A DNA stretch of 64,000 nt from the NCBI GenBank assembly GCA_000002445.1, contig CH464491.1:1408001-1472000 (forward strand), written 5' to 3'. The stretch comes from Trypanosoma brucei. Lineage: Eukaryota. The translations under genes were made by a program, and so were the position numbers. Below, in pieces: positions 1 through 9,554 of this stretch (the first letter of the stretch is position 1; each line of letters opens with the position of its first letter). The notes under the pieces were generated by a model. It saw only the letters and a program-made list of their open reading frames with translations. It made no database searches and was not told the DNA's origin.

Positions 1-3000
1 CTCTACTCCTGCGTATGCGCTATGGGGCACATGTTACGTGTGGGTGCCCCTGCCTCGGCATGTCATAAGGTCATTGAGTTTGTAGAAGGGAATTCAGTGC
101 AGCCGATTATGCCGCCACCTGAGGGGGTTACCAAAGGAAGTATGGTTGTTAAAGCTCCAGTTGTAAGGTCTGCTTCACTTATACTTCTGCGTGACATTCT
201 TTCCTCAAAGCTGGCAACTTTAAGAGTTCATCAGCAGGTTTCTACTGCTTTATACAACGCGATGTCCGACCGTTGCGCTGTGGTACTCCGTAGGGCGTGG
301 GAGCTTCAACTACTTTGGTTTGGTAGTGACTCTTCCAGTGCATTGTCTCACATGCAAGGCGGATTTCTCCGTGTGGTGATGAACAGTATCACGGATTGCA
401 ACGACCCTGAGGTGGCAGAGATTATTTACCCGTCACTCGTACCATTGCTTGTTCCAGTCACTCGTTCTTCAGCCTTCGCCAGCGCGATTGAGGAATTCAG
501 CGAGGTGCTTCAACGCAAGATCCTAAATGTCAGTGATGTGGTACAGCGGGAATGGGATTTAGTGCTTTCCTCACTAATGCGTGTGTGGGAACTTCGGTGT
601 GTCCGCTCAGCGAAGCTAGGGGAGGGACACGAACGCGAAGGCGCCACGATGTTTTCTTCTATAGTAGCAACACTGGCCACAGCTCTCGAACAACCAGCGC
701 GGCGGGGACGGCTTCTCAGCACAACAGCCTCCGTCGTAGCACAGACATTGGAGCGTGTAGCTCGTCATACTGAGTGCTTCAGTGAATGTGTGCAACTCTT
801 GTGTGGCCCCACGGACTCTTTTTCTCAACGGACTGGTGGAGGGGCAAGCGCTGCACTGGTGGAAAGCTTCGATGTACTTCAGGCGGCATTAATTGGCTCT
901 TCTGTGAGTTTACCGGGCGTGCTTGTCGGGGCGGAAACGCTTATGGCAAAGTACGTGGAAAAGAAACAATGGAACATTCTTGCGGAACTGTTGCAGTCAA
1001 TGACAGACGCGTATGGAAGTTGTGTTCGCGAAGAGCATGCACATTCTCCCGTGGGTATCCCTTCTAAAGAGATTCAAAAACTTGTTACGAACGGTGTTTT
1101 ACGTGCTGTGAGACTGAGCATATCAGCAGAGCGGAAGGATAGTGATGGGGTGGAACCGATGCACCCCCTTCAGCGGGTTCTCTCTTACGTCCTACAGTGG
1201 AGTGACGATGATGCACTTAGTGAACTGCAACAGATCGCTGCCACCGTGGGACCGGGACCGTTTTGGTTGAAGGATTTACTTCGAAGTCACGAGTTAAGGG
1301 ATCCTGAGCGGTTGATCACTTTGTTTTCAAAAGCTTGTGAGGAAGCTGACTTTCGTACAGTGGAGCTATGTGTGGATTCGCTTCTCGGCGAACAGGAGGT
1401 TAACCCCCGCCCACTGACGAGTGCCGAGAAGAAGGGGCTCAGGCAGGCTGTTCAGGAGTCGTTGCGGAAACTACACCTGCTAGTGTCGGTCGACAACGAT
1501 GAAAGTGAGGAAGAAGCAGAGGAGTCCTCCAAGGAAGGTGACAGCGGATCGGGTTACGATGGCAGCGGGGCAGGTGACAGCAGTGGTGACGAAGGTAGCG
1601 AAGGCGCTGCGGAGGCTGACGGTAGTGGAAATGAAGGCGACTCAAATAGCGGCACTTTGGTTCAACAGCAGCTCATCGCATGGGCGAGGTTTCTACGGAG
1701 TGGCGAGCCCTTCGCTTCACTTCTGGAAGTCAGTAGCGAGGACATCGATTTACCAATGGTATTCCGCATCGTTGCTTCCATCGCTCCGCGGTTGCATGCA
1801 GAGCAATACATGTCTATTAAGGCACTTCGCATGGCCCTGCAAATGGAAGAGGACCCACTTCTGGTGGCGATGTCAAAGAAAATACATTCTATCGATTCGA
1901 AGGCCTTCAATGTAGTCGTGGAGTCTATCGAACAACTGCTCAACTCGTACGGCGTCTCAGTGGAAGAGAGAGATACTGTATCACTGGAGTTGTTTGATAG
2001 TGTCATGAGCGACCCGCAGAGTAGCATCGCAGCGTGTGGGAGGCTGCAGCACATTGTGCCCTTCGCTTCTTGTAGTCTGATCCAAGGAATTGCGTGCAGC
2101 GGCGACGTCTGGTTGGAGCACCAAGTTCACCTACGTGCAAATGTGGCTGCCACAGGGACTGGGAAAGTACCGTTTGCGTTGTTGGATCAGTACTCTCCAC
2201 TATGCGGAATCGTACCATCAATGTTGCGTTGTGTACGAACCTCTCAACTGATTCACTTGCTTGCTTCCTCGGTGGAACTTAACTCAGCGAGTGCCGCTGT
2301 TGTTGGGCGGCCCCTGTTGCACGCCGCCCACGTGCAGGAGGTGCTGGCTGAGCCAACGAGGAGGCTGCTCGTGACAAAGCTGCTGCCGCGTGTCTTACTC
2401 TCCATCTCATCGCCCAAAGAAGTAGACACACTGCTCCTACGCGGAGAGGAGGTGCACAAACTTCTGTTTACGCTTGCTGTCGTGATCCGGGATACCGCAG
2501 TTCACTCCAGTGGTGACGCGTTCAACTCTAGCGTCCGGTGCATTGTAAGCACCATTACACAGTGGATTGCCGAAGCCGCTCTTCTGCATGTGGGCGATGC
2601 GCCGACACATGAAGAAGCTATTCGCCATTATCGTGCGTTATTTTCTACACTGGATGAAGCTGCTGACATTGTTGGGGATTCTTTTCTCGCTAAAGTTCCT
2701 TCTGGCGAAGCTGCTTCTGCTATTCAAGAATCTATGTGCATGATCCCTACACTGCATCCCAATACGGGATTGCTCGCGATGACGCTTCACAGGCATCTAA
2801 GTCATTTACCAGTTGTGAGGGGTGATACTGTCCGTCAGGTTATTGACTACGCCAGGAAAAAAAAGCCTCTCGATGGCCTCGAATTCCTGGCGGAACTCAC
2901 TTCCAGTCGCATTATTGACACGGAGGCCTACAACGAGCTTGTGCATGTCTTCACACGCTTGCTAGCGAGTTCCTTCAGACTTCGCTATATGCCACCGAAT

Positions 3001-4521
3001 AATTGCCTTGTTTCTCAAGCACCGAATGATGCACCCATTTCGTTATGCGATACTCAACGTGCAGTTGTCGCCGTTGTTTCGGCAAGGCGTGGTATTAACT
3101 TGCACAACCGCGTTGATGATACGTTACGGAGCTCCATAAATCTTGTGTTGTTCGACGCTGTGGCAGGATCTGTGGTTTCACTTAAGCAGGCGAACGAGGA
3201 GGAACTGTCACTCATGACTAAACTCATTGCCTTCACCTCGAACTGCCTTAGTGATTTGGGCTCGTCGGATGTGACGGTTCTGCGGGCTTCGGAGGTAAGC
3301 GTCACGAAGGTGGCTGCAGTTATGAATTATGCCTATCAGTGGCTCTGCGCCACCTCTATTACTCGGTTAGACAGCATTGGGATGGAGACTGTGACAAGTG
3401 CTATTCGCGCTATCGCGCTGCTTTCTAACTTAACACTCGTGCGCTCTGGGTTCGTTCTGCTTCCCATCATGCGGCCGATAACGGGAAGACGCTCAATGAA
3501 GGACATTCGGGAGGAGTTTAGTTCAAAGTCACCGGCAAAAGCAATAATATTCCGGAGGCAGGCGGCTGTAATTGCCAAAACGAACAAGCAAAAGTTAACC
3601 CTCTTTCCGCACTTGCTTGCGTGGTGTGTAACGCTCAGTGGTCCTGTGCAGGAGCGTGTAAGCAAAGAATGGCGAGAGGAAGTTTTTCAACTTCTTGACG
3701 TCTTATGCGCACTATTGCTTTCCCCGGCTGTACCAGGAAGCAAGCGGGTTGAAAATACATACCTTTGTAACGGTAATGGTAGTAGTGGTGCTGGTGAGCA
3801 GCTGGGTTTCGAAATAATTGCGTTAACACGTCCCAATGCAGCAGATCCCATGCGTGAGTTGGCGAAGGGCGCCGCCGCCGTCTTTGCCCTTTTGTTGCAG
3901 AGCAGCACACTTTCCATTGTCAAGAGTTGGCTTGAGACTGTGGAGCGAAAACTGCAGGACTATTTTTATACATTTGTAGAGGAGCACTTGTCACCATGTC
4001 TCATACGAGAGAGCCTCCTCATGGTGTTAAGCAAGAACCCAACCGGGGGCTCGACCTTCGACGTGAACGAAAGGTACACCGTGTCCGTGTGCACCTTGAG
4101 GAATCGCATTACACTTAAATATACGGTGGAAGATACAGATTCAACGGTTCATATAGAATTTAAGCCTGATTTCCCGTTAAGGCCCCCGGTGGTCACATGT
4201 GAAAAGACACGGGGCTGCGGGGTATCCGCGGACAAATGGCACGTGTGGATGCGGAAAATGACTGTATTGCTTTTCGGTGGGTCATCCAATGTATGGGACT
4301 GTGTGATGCTCTTCGGCAGGAATATGGACGAGCACTTTTCCGGTAAAGATCCTTGCCCCATTTGTTTTGCTATCGTTTCAGCTTCGAGTAATCGTCTTCC
4401 CGATATGCAGTGTGCAGTGTGCCGTAACTCTGCAATACACTCCGATTGCCTCTACTCGTGGTGGGCGACCGGGGGGCGAACCGTGTGCCCGCTTTGTCGT
4501 TCCCCATGGGTAGCAACCTAA
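1..4521 (+). CDS. LTN1: Listerin/Ltn1 (Rkr1)-like E3 ubiquitin ligase, 5' partial; ORF is open to the window edge, first in-window ATG at 22
   Basis: The C-terminus CPICFAIVSASSNRLPDMQCAVCRNSAIHSDCLYSWWATGGRTVCPLCRSPW matches the Listerin RING-H2 signature (CP-C-[YF]..LP...C..C.N.FHS.CLY.W......CPLCR). It is preceded by an RWD-like block (YTVSVCTLRNRITLKYTVEDTDSTVHIEFKPDFPLRPPVVTCE). The long alpha-helical body is consistent with HEAT/ARM repeats. No in-frame stop occurs between nt 1 and 22. Confidence 0.85.
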   Translation, partial: LYSCVCAMGHMLRVGAPASACHKVIEFVEGNSVQPIMPPPEGVTKGSMVVKAPVVRSASLILLRDILSSKLATLRVHQQVSTALYNAMSDRCAVVLRRAWELQLLWFGSDSSSALSHMQGGFLRVVMNSITDCNDPEVAEIIYPSLVPLLVPVTRSSAFASAIEEFSEVLQRKILNVSDVVQREWDLVLSSLMRVWELRCVRSAKLGEGHEREGATMFSSIVATLATALEQPARRGRLLSTTASVVAQTLERVARHTECFSECVQLLCGPTDSFSQRTGGGASAALVESFDVLQAALIGSSVSLPGVLVGAETLMAKYVEKKQWNILAELLQSMTDAYGSCVREEHAHSPVGIPSKEIQKLVTNGVLRAVRLSISAERKDSDGVEPMHPLQRVLSYVLQWSDDDALSELQQIAATVGPGPFWLKDLLRSHELRDPERLITLFSKACEEADFRTVELCVDSLLGEQEVNPRPLTSAEKKGLRQAVQESLRKLHLLVSVDNDESEEEAEESSKEGDSGSGYDGSGAGDSSGDEGSEGAAEADGSGNEGDSNSGTLVQQQLIAWARFLRSGEPFASLLEVSSEDIDLPMVFRIVASIAPRLHAEQYMSIKALRMALQMEEDPLLVAMSKKIHSIDSKAFNVVVESIEQLLNSYGVSVEERDTVSLELFDSVMSDPQSSIAACGRLQHIVPFASCSLIQGIACSGDVWLEHQVHLRANVAATGTGKVPFALLDQYSPLCGIVPSMLRCVRTSQLIHLLASSVELNSASAAVVGRPLLHAAHVQEVLAEPTRRLLVTKLLPRVLLSISSPKEVDTLLLRGEEVHKLLFTLAVVIRDTAVHSSGDAFNSSVRCIVSTITQWIAEAALLHVGDAPTHEEAIRHYRALFSTLDEAADIVGDSFLAKVPSGEAASAIQESMCMIPTLHPNTGLLAMTLHRHLSHLPVVRGDTVRQVIDYARKKKPLDGLEFLAELTSSRIIDTEAYNELVHVFTRLLASSFRLRYMPPNNCLVSQAPNDAPISLCDTQRAVVAVVSARRGINLHNRVDDTLRSSINLVLFDAVAGSVVSLKQANEEELSLMTKLIAFTSNCLSDLGSSDVTVLRASEVSVTKVAAVMNYAYQWLCATSITRLDSIGMETVTSAIRAIALLSNLTLVRSGFVLLPIMRPITGRRSMKDIREEFSSKSPAKAIIFRRQAAVIAKTNKQKLTLFPHLLAWCVTLSGPVQERVSKEWREEVFQLLDVLCALLLSPAVPGSKRVENTYLCNGNGSSGAGEQLGFEIIALTRPNAADPMRELAKGAAAVFALLLQSSTLSIVKSWLETVERKLQDYFYTFVEEHLSPCLIRESLLMVLSKNPTGGSTFDVNERYTVSVCTLRNRITLKYTVEDTDSTVHIEFKPDFPLRPPVVTCEKTRGCGVSADKWHVWMRKMTVLLFGGSSNVWDCVMLFGRNMDEHFSGKDPCPICFAIVSASSNRLPDMQCAVCRNSAIHSDCLYSWWATGGRTVCPLCRSPWVAT

Positions 4522-4973
4522 CGGCATTTGCCTCGTGTTGCCAGTGTGTGGTGTTTCAAGGATATTGTGAACAAATGCTTCACTTTACCGTCGTTGTTGA
4601 CTCCTTCCTTTTTTCAAACACATATGTCTGGTACCAAAGGCTCTTGGTGCCATTTACTGGAACGTTTTGTTGACCCTCCTGAAGTGTAATTGGTGTGCAA
4701 AGTGTGTCTTGAAGTGGATCTGTTACATCGTGCATCACAGATAGCTATCTTTCAACGTCGAATCCGCATTTTTTTCCCGTTAAAGCTAGGAAGGTAGACA
4801 TAAAAATACCCACATATATATATATACATTTATATATATTCAGCGTGATCGTGGTTACGGTAGTTTAGTTCTTCCGTCCAACATAAACCTGTTTGCATCG
4901 ATTCCTATTACTGCTAGCTTTTGCTCGTTGTCGGTGCCATCACCGTTGCTGCCGCGCAACTTCGTTTTTGGCA

Positions 4974-5918
4974 ATGGGGCCCCGCATATATCCGTTACAG
5001 CGCGAGTCACCATCCTCTCCCTCTGCTCGTGCCATCTTTGAGCGCACACGGCGGATGCATGCCGGGACTTTGAATATTTTCGCTGAGAACAACGGCGAGT
5101 GCGATGCGCAACCAAAACCGCAAACTCCACAACCAGAGCATGAGGCACGCAACGTGCAGCGCAATGAGGAGTCACAGGAGACAAGGGAATTCGGCTGGCC
5201 GCACCTTCGTCGTGTACGTTTGCCTACGCGACACGAAACACCGCAGGGTCTTCACCAGGTTCCCAGTGCTGCGGGGAAGGTTCAGCACATTCAAGTTGTC
5301 GGCGTTACTGACTCCTATAAGGATCCGGCGATGATGACGCCGCGGCGCACAGGATTACGCTGCTTTTCCCGTAGCCACTCCACTTCTATGAGCGAAATAA
5401 TGTGTCACGAGGAACGCGGCTGGTCACCTTCTCTACCGGCCTCTGTTGCGGGTAGCGCACCGGTCAGTAGGAGTAGCAGCCGCTGCAGTTCCCGAGGATG
5501 TAGGCGAGTGACTGATTACACCCCGCAGGAGCGCTTTTTTCAAGCTGTGCGAGATCATGTGCAGCGCAGACGCGGGGGTGCAACGGAATTTTACGTAAAT
5601 CTTGCACGTGGGCTGGTGGGGTCGGTTCCACGAAGTCGTGCAGAGATGACACCTCGCCCGTGGCGTCTGGATGAGGGGCCGGTAATTCACAAGTTGACAC
5701 TCGGCAGTTTCAGGGAACAGTTGCAGTCCTTAACGGGAATTGAGGTTTCCTTGGTAGAATTGGCGCAGATGGTGTGGGGAAAAGAGGAGTTCGAGCGGAA
5801 GGTACAAGAATGTCCAGACGAAGAGCAGTTGGCAAGTCTTAGGGTAACTTACCGCGAGTTTTCCACAGCATTCGGGGATAGCCCGTCTGGTGATAAATTT
5901 GCGACCTTCAAGATATAA
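4974..5918 (+). CDS. hypothetical protein; the track ORF 4893.. starts on TTG and the first ATG is at 4974 (an alternative start is MHAG.. near 5056)
   Basis: Long + strand ORF in the same orientation as its neighbours. It is Arg/Ser/Pro-rich with no recognisable motif. Confidence 0.35.
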   Translation: MGPRIYPLQRESPSSPSARAIFERTRRMHAGTLNIFAENNGECDAQPKPQTPQPEHEARNVQRNEESQETREFGWPHLRRVRLPTRHETPQGLHQVPSAAGKVQHIQVVGVTDSYKDPAMMTPRRTGLRCFSRSHSTSMSEIMCHEERGWSPSLPASVAGSAPVSRSSSRCSSRGCRRVTDYTPQERFFQAVRDHVQRRRGGATEFYVNLARGLVGSVPRSRAEMTPRPWRLDEGPVIHKLTLGSFREQLQSLTGIEVSLVELAQMVWGKEEFERKVQECPDEEQLASLRVTYREFSTAFGDSPSGDKFATFKI

Positions 5919-6423
5919 AAAGGGGTCTTTCTGAAAATATTGTGTTGCATCTACAGGCGTTCCCATAGCTTCTCACCACCTGGGGTGCGAGGGACCATCT
6001 ATTTGGTTTAATTTAATTTTTTTGTGTGACGCTGGCAACCATAATTGTACTATGTGCTATTAGGTAATGTGGGGGTGTATTAAAAGTGAAGAATGAGTAG
6101 AAGAATGACACGGGAAGGAGAGGGGACAATTCGTGTTTGGTAGTGAACAATGGAAGGGAGACGTGTGCTTCTTCTTTTCATACTCTGCCTTTTAACTGAA
6201 GGGAGTTTCCCCTTCATTCCGCGCTCCCATTGTTGTTCTCGCGGTTTCATGTACTATTGCTACCGGTGTTGTTGTTGTTGATTTTGTTTTGATTATAGAG
6301 GGATATCCATAGAGGTAAAAGATTCTACTCCTACAAAACATGCACACATTGTTTCTTGACCCTTTTCGTTCGCTTTAACATCTCTGTACGTCGGGTTTGT
6401 TTGACTCCCTTTTTTCGGTGTCA

Positions 6424-6464
6424 TTTATTTTCCCCCCTCCGAATTTCCTTTTTTTTTTTTTTAG
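6424..6464 (+). promoter_or_regulatory. polypyrimidine tract + AG: candidate spliced-leader trans-splice acceptor / upstream polyadenylation-coupling signal
   Basis: tcccccctccgaatttccttttttttttttttAG lies about 315 nt upstream of the LRR gene ATG (6779). Confidence 0.4.
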
Positions 6465-6778
6465 AAACGTATCACATTATGTTGTATTTGTGTGTACGTG
6501 TTCATGCATAGATGCTTTGACATCTACGGGGCCGCAATGATTGTTCGTGTTGATTTTTGCGGTGTATGCAATCCGTTACCACGAAGGTGCGATCCACAAT
6601 TCAGTGCATGTGGTGTGTGCCATCGGCTCCCTCCGCTTTTTCGCTTCTTCTACAGCTATTTCTTTCTTCCATTTTGTTCTTGTTATTATCCCCCCCTGAA
6701 CATCTCGTTTACACCGGTTGCAGATTTATTTCCTGGGGGCTCGTTGCTGTAAAAGAAAAAATAATAATAACATCTTGA

Positions 6779-8101
6779 ATGAAAGTGGACAGCCTTCTGT
6801 CTCCTCGAAGTGCGTTCAGCACTGAAAATGACCCCTGTGGCTCCGTTGAGAGCGTCGCAAATGATGTGGCATCCGCCAGCGATGTTGTTGTCGCGTATCC
6901 TCAACCTGGAAAGCGATGGAGCAGAATTATTGCGGGGCCTGAACTGGTTGGGATGTCTTTGAAAGAAAATCAGATTAAGGATGGGAAGGCTCTGTGTATA
7001 TATGGTCATTGTTTCGACGATGGAATCATCGACTACATTACAAACGAAGTCCTTCCGGAGGCACGAGTGCTAACAAAGGTGGAAATAGCTGAGACAAAGT
7101 TTAGCAGCGCAGGTATGAAGATTCTCTTGAGGGCTCTCTGGACAAATTCTCCATGTGAGCAAATGGAGGAACTTCTGCTTCATGACGTGCATCTCCACTT
7201 TGAGGAAACTCTACAGCTAAAAGAAGTTATTATGAAGAATCGAAAGTGCCTGCGGCGTTTGGTTCTGCAACGTTGTCACATGGACGATAGCGCGGCTGAA
7301 CCCATTGTTCAGGCTATTTCGCACTGCGAGCAACTGCGGGAAGTGAACTTCTTGGATAACAACATAGTTCACGCACTGGCTATCCCCACGGAGAGGGAGG
7401 ACATTTTTCCACCAACGCTGCAAATTTTTGACATCAGCGGTAACCGTATAGAGCCAAAACACTTCACTGGTTTGGGCAATGCGCTCCGTCGTTGCATGGC
7501 AAACCTTCATGAAGTTTACTTGGCTCGTTGCTGTGTCACGGAGAGCGGACTAAAGACGCTGCTGTGCGGTGGGCTTTACAACTCACAGGTTCTTTCGGTG
7601 CTGAATGTATCGGCTGGACGACTTTTGCATACAGCTGGTAAGGTGCTTTCGTCGGTCATATCAGAATGTCCCAACCTTCAGCGAGTGTACATGCAGGACA
7701 ATCTCCTGGATGTAGAGGGGGCTGCTCAAATTGCTTTGGTTATTCCCTACGCTAAGAAACTTACTGTATTGGGAATGGGAAGGTGTCACTTGGGAGGTCG
7801 AGGGGCGCGTTATATTGCAGAAGCTGTGAAACAAAGCGCATCACTTCGAGAATTGGACCTCTCTGGAAATGGTGTGACGGATGAAGATGTACATCGGATA
7901 TGCGCTTGCAATGATGATGCGTCTTTTCGACTTTCATATCTTGATCTCTCTGATAATCCCCTCACGGAGGACTGCCGCTGCTCTCTCGAAACCCTTCTGG
8001 AACACCAGAAGGATAATTCATGCATTGTTGTCGTGCGTGGTACGGGGCTTGCGGTCGTGTCTTCTTATATGGAATATCATAATAAGCCCACACCTGGATA
8101 G
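6779..8101 (+). CDS. leucine-rich repeat protein, ribonuclease-inhibitor (RNI)-like LRR
   Basis: ATG start. Repeated LxxLxLxxNxL / LxxLDLSxNxxxDE units, e.g. LRELDLSGNGVTDEDVHRI and LSYLDLSDNPLTED. The ORF is preceded by a polyY tract and AG at 6424-6464. Confidence 0.7.
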   Translation: MKVDSLLSPRSAFSTENDPCGSVESVANDVASASDVVVAYPQPGKRWSRIIAGPELVGMSLKENQIKDGKALCIYGHCFDDGIIDYITNEVLPEARVLTKVEIAETKFSSAGMKILLRALWTNSPCEQMEELLLHDVHLHFEETLQLKEVIMKNRKCLRRLVLQRCHMDDSAAEPIVQAISHCEQLREVNFLDNNIVHALAIPTEREDIFPPTLQIFDISGNRIEPKHFTGLGNALRRCMANLHEVYLARCCVTESGLKTLLCGGLYNSQVLSVLNVSAGRLLHTAGKVLSSVISECPNLQRVYMQDNLLDVEGAAQIALVIPYAKKLTVLGMGRCHLGGRGARYIAEAVKQSASLRELDLSGNGVTDEDVHRICACNDDASFRLSYLDLSDNPLTEDCRCSLETLLEHQKDNSCIVVVRGTGLAVVSSYMEYHNKPTPG

Positions 8102-8106
8102 ACGCC

Positions 8107-8167
8107 ACTTTTTTATTTTTTTTCTCCTTTTTTCTCTGTGTGTTTTTTTTTCTCTTTCTTTCTTTCG
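8107..8167 (+). repeat. homopyrimidine (T/C) low-complexity block immediately 3' of the LRR gene stop
   Basis: ttttttattttttttctccttttttctctgtgtgtttttttttctctttctttctttc. Confidence 0.8.
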
Positions 8168-8216
8168 AATAGGTGGGATTGTTGTATATTCACTTCTATT
8201 GCATTTAAATTTGTTC

Positions 8217-8243
8217 GCTTGTTTGCTTGTTTGCTTGTTTGCT
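8217..8243 (+). repeat. (GCTTGTTT)3 short tandem repeat
   Basis: gcttgtttgcttgtttgcttgtttgct. Confidence 0.8.
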
Positions 8244-8344
8244 GTCTTTTTTTTTTTTAGAAGTTGAAGGTCTCTCACGAGGTGTTGGAGAGAGAGATCG
8301 AGAGAGTCAATAATCGTCGAAAAGCACCGGGACCACATGTTCGT

Positions 8345-8432
8345 GGAAAGGAAGAAAGAAGGGGGAGAAAGAAAAAAAAAAGAGAAGAGAAGAGAAGAAA
8401 GGATAAAGGGAATGAAATAAATGAGGAAAATG
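8345..8432 (+). repeat. homopurine (GAA/GA-rich) low-complexity block
   Basis: ggaaaggaagaaagaagggggagaaagaaaaaaaaaagagaagagaagagaagaaaggataaagggaatgaaataaatgaggaaaatg. Its composition mirrors the homopyrimidine block at 8107-8167. Confidence 0.8.
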
Positions 8433-9283
8433 TGTATGTGTGTTTTGAGTGTATGTGTGGGAAAACCGAGGAGCACACGATGCTAATAAGAGAGTGTCCA
8501 CTATCATTGTTAACACTGAAAAGGGATTTGATATGTTTTTTAACGCATTTACCCACTCGCAGTTGCTGATATGAACCCGTACAGCTATTGCGCACTTTAA
8601 TGTTATAGACGGTGTATAGGAAAATGTAAGTTCGCGAAGGCTATGTCCAACGGGCGACCGAAAAAGCGAACAAATCTTCTACAAAAAGGAAAAAAAAAGG
8701 AAGGAAACATTCAGAGTTGATATGTATATACGTGTGCGCGGACGTACGCAAATATGTTTTGGTTTTGTTGTTGTATGCTCGTATACTTATGTAACTATTG
8801 AGTAACGGGGAGGTGAAACATGAAGGAAGAACATAGGTTACAAATGCTCCTCTGAAAGTTGAACGGAAAATTCCTGTTTGCTTTTTCTTTGTATTTTCGT
8901 TGCTTGAACGGCTGCTTTCAGGGAGGTGGTGGCTAACAAAATAGCACGGGTGAAACTCGTCAGATGCAAAACCATTGGTAATAAAGAGCAAAAGAAAAAA
9001 AGAAATGAACGGAACTGAAGTTAAGGTGAAGGGATACCGGTGGGAAAGTGTGTGCATCAGGAAATAGTGGATGCTCCTACTGTTGCGCCACACTTACGGT
9101 GACACACGCGCTGTTTTTCATAAGTTCTTCTTTTTGTGTTTCTTTACGCTAAAAAAAAAAATATGTTCATAACTATTTTTCCGCTTTTTTTGTTTGCCAT
9201 TGTATTTGGGCACATTCTTTAAAAGGCTACTTTTTTTTAACGTTCGCCCCACCATGTTTTTTTCTAACTTTTATATCCATTGC

Positions 9284-9390
9284 TGCTTCTTCTTTTTTTT
9301 TTTTGGTTAACCTTTTTTTTATATTGTTTTCTTGTGGTTGCTGCTCGTTTATGTTGTTTCTTGTGCTCTTACTTGTATCCTGTAACACAG
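9284..9390 (+). promoter_or_regulatory. polypyrimidine tracts followed by AG: candidate trans-splice acceptor region for FHm
   Basis: tgcttcttcttttttttttttt...cctttttttt followed by the first AG at 9389-9390. The ATG is at 9555. Confidence 0.4.
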
Positions 9391-9554
9391 TTTGTAAACC
9401 CATAAAATAGTCAATTTCCTCCCCCGAAAATACAATAAATCATAATAGCTCGTTGCGCAAAAAACAAAAAAACAACAACAACAGCAACATCAAAATAACT
9501 AATTTAGGTGAGTGAAGACAAAACCATTAAATATCAGCATTATTAATCGCTCAC

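Noticed and set aside
8264-8569. 101-aa Lys/Arg/Glu-rich ORF in the 8.1-9.5 kb spacer
   Set aside because: It is generated by translating the homopurine GAA/GA low-complexity block. It has no start context or conservation signal.
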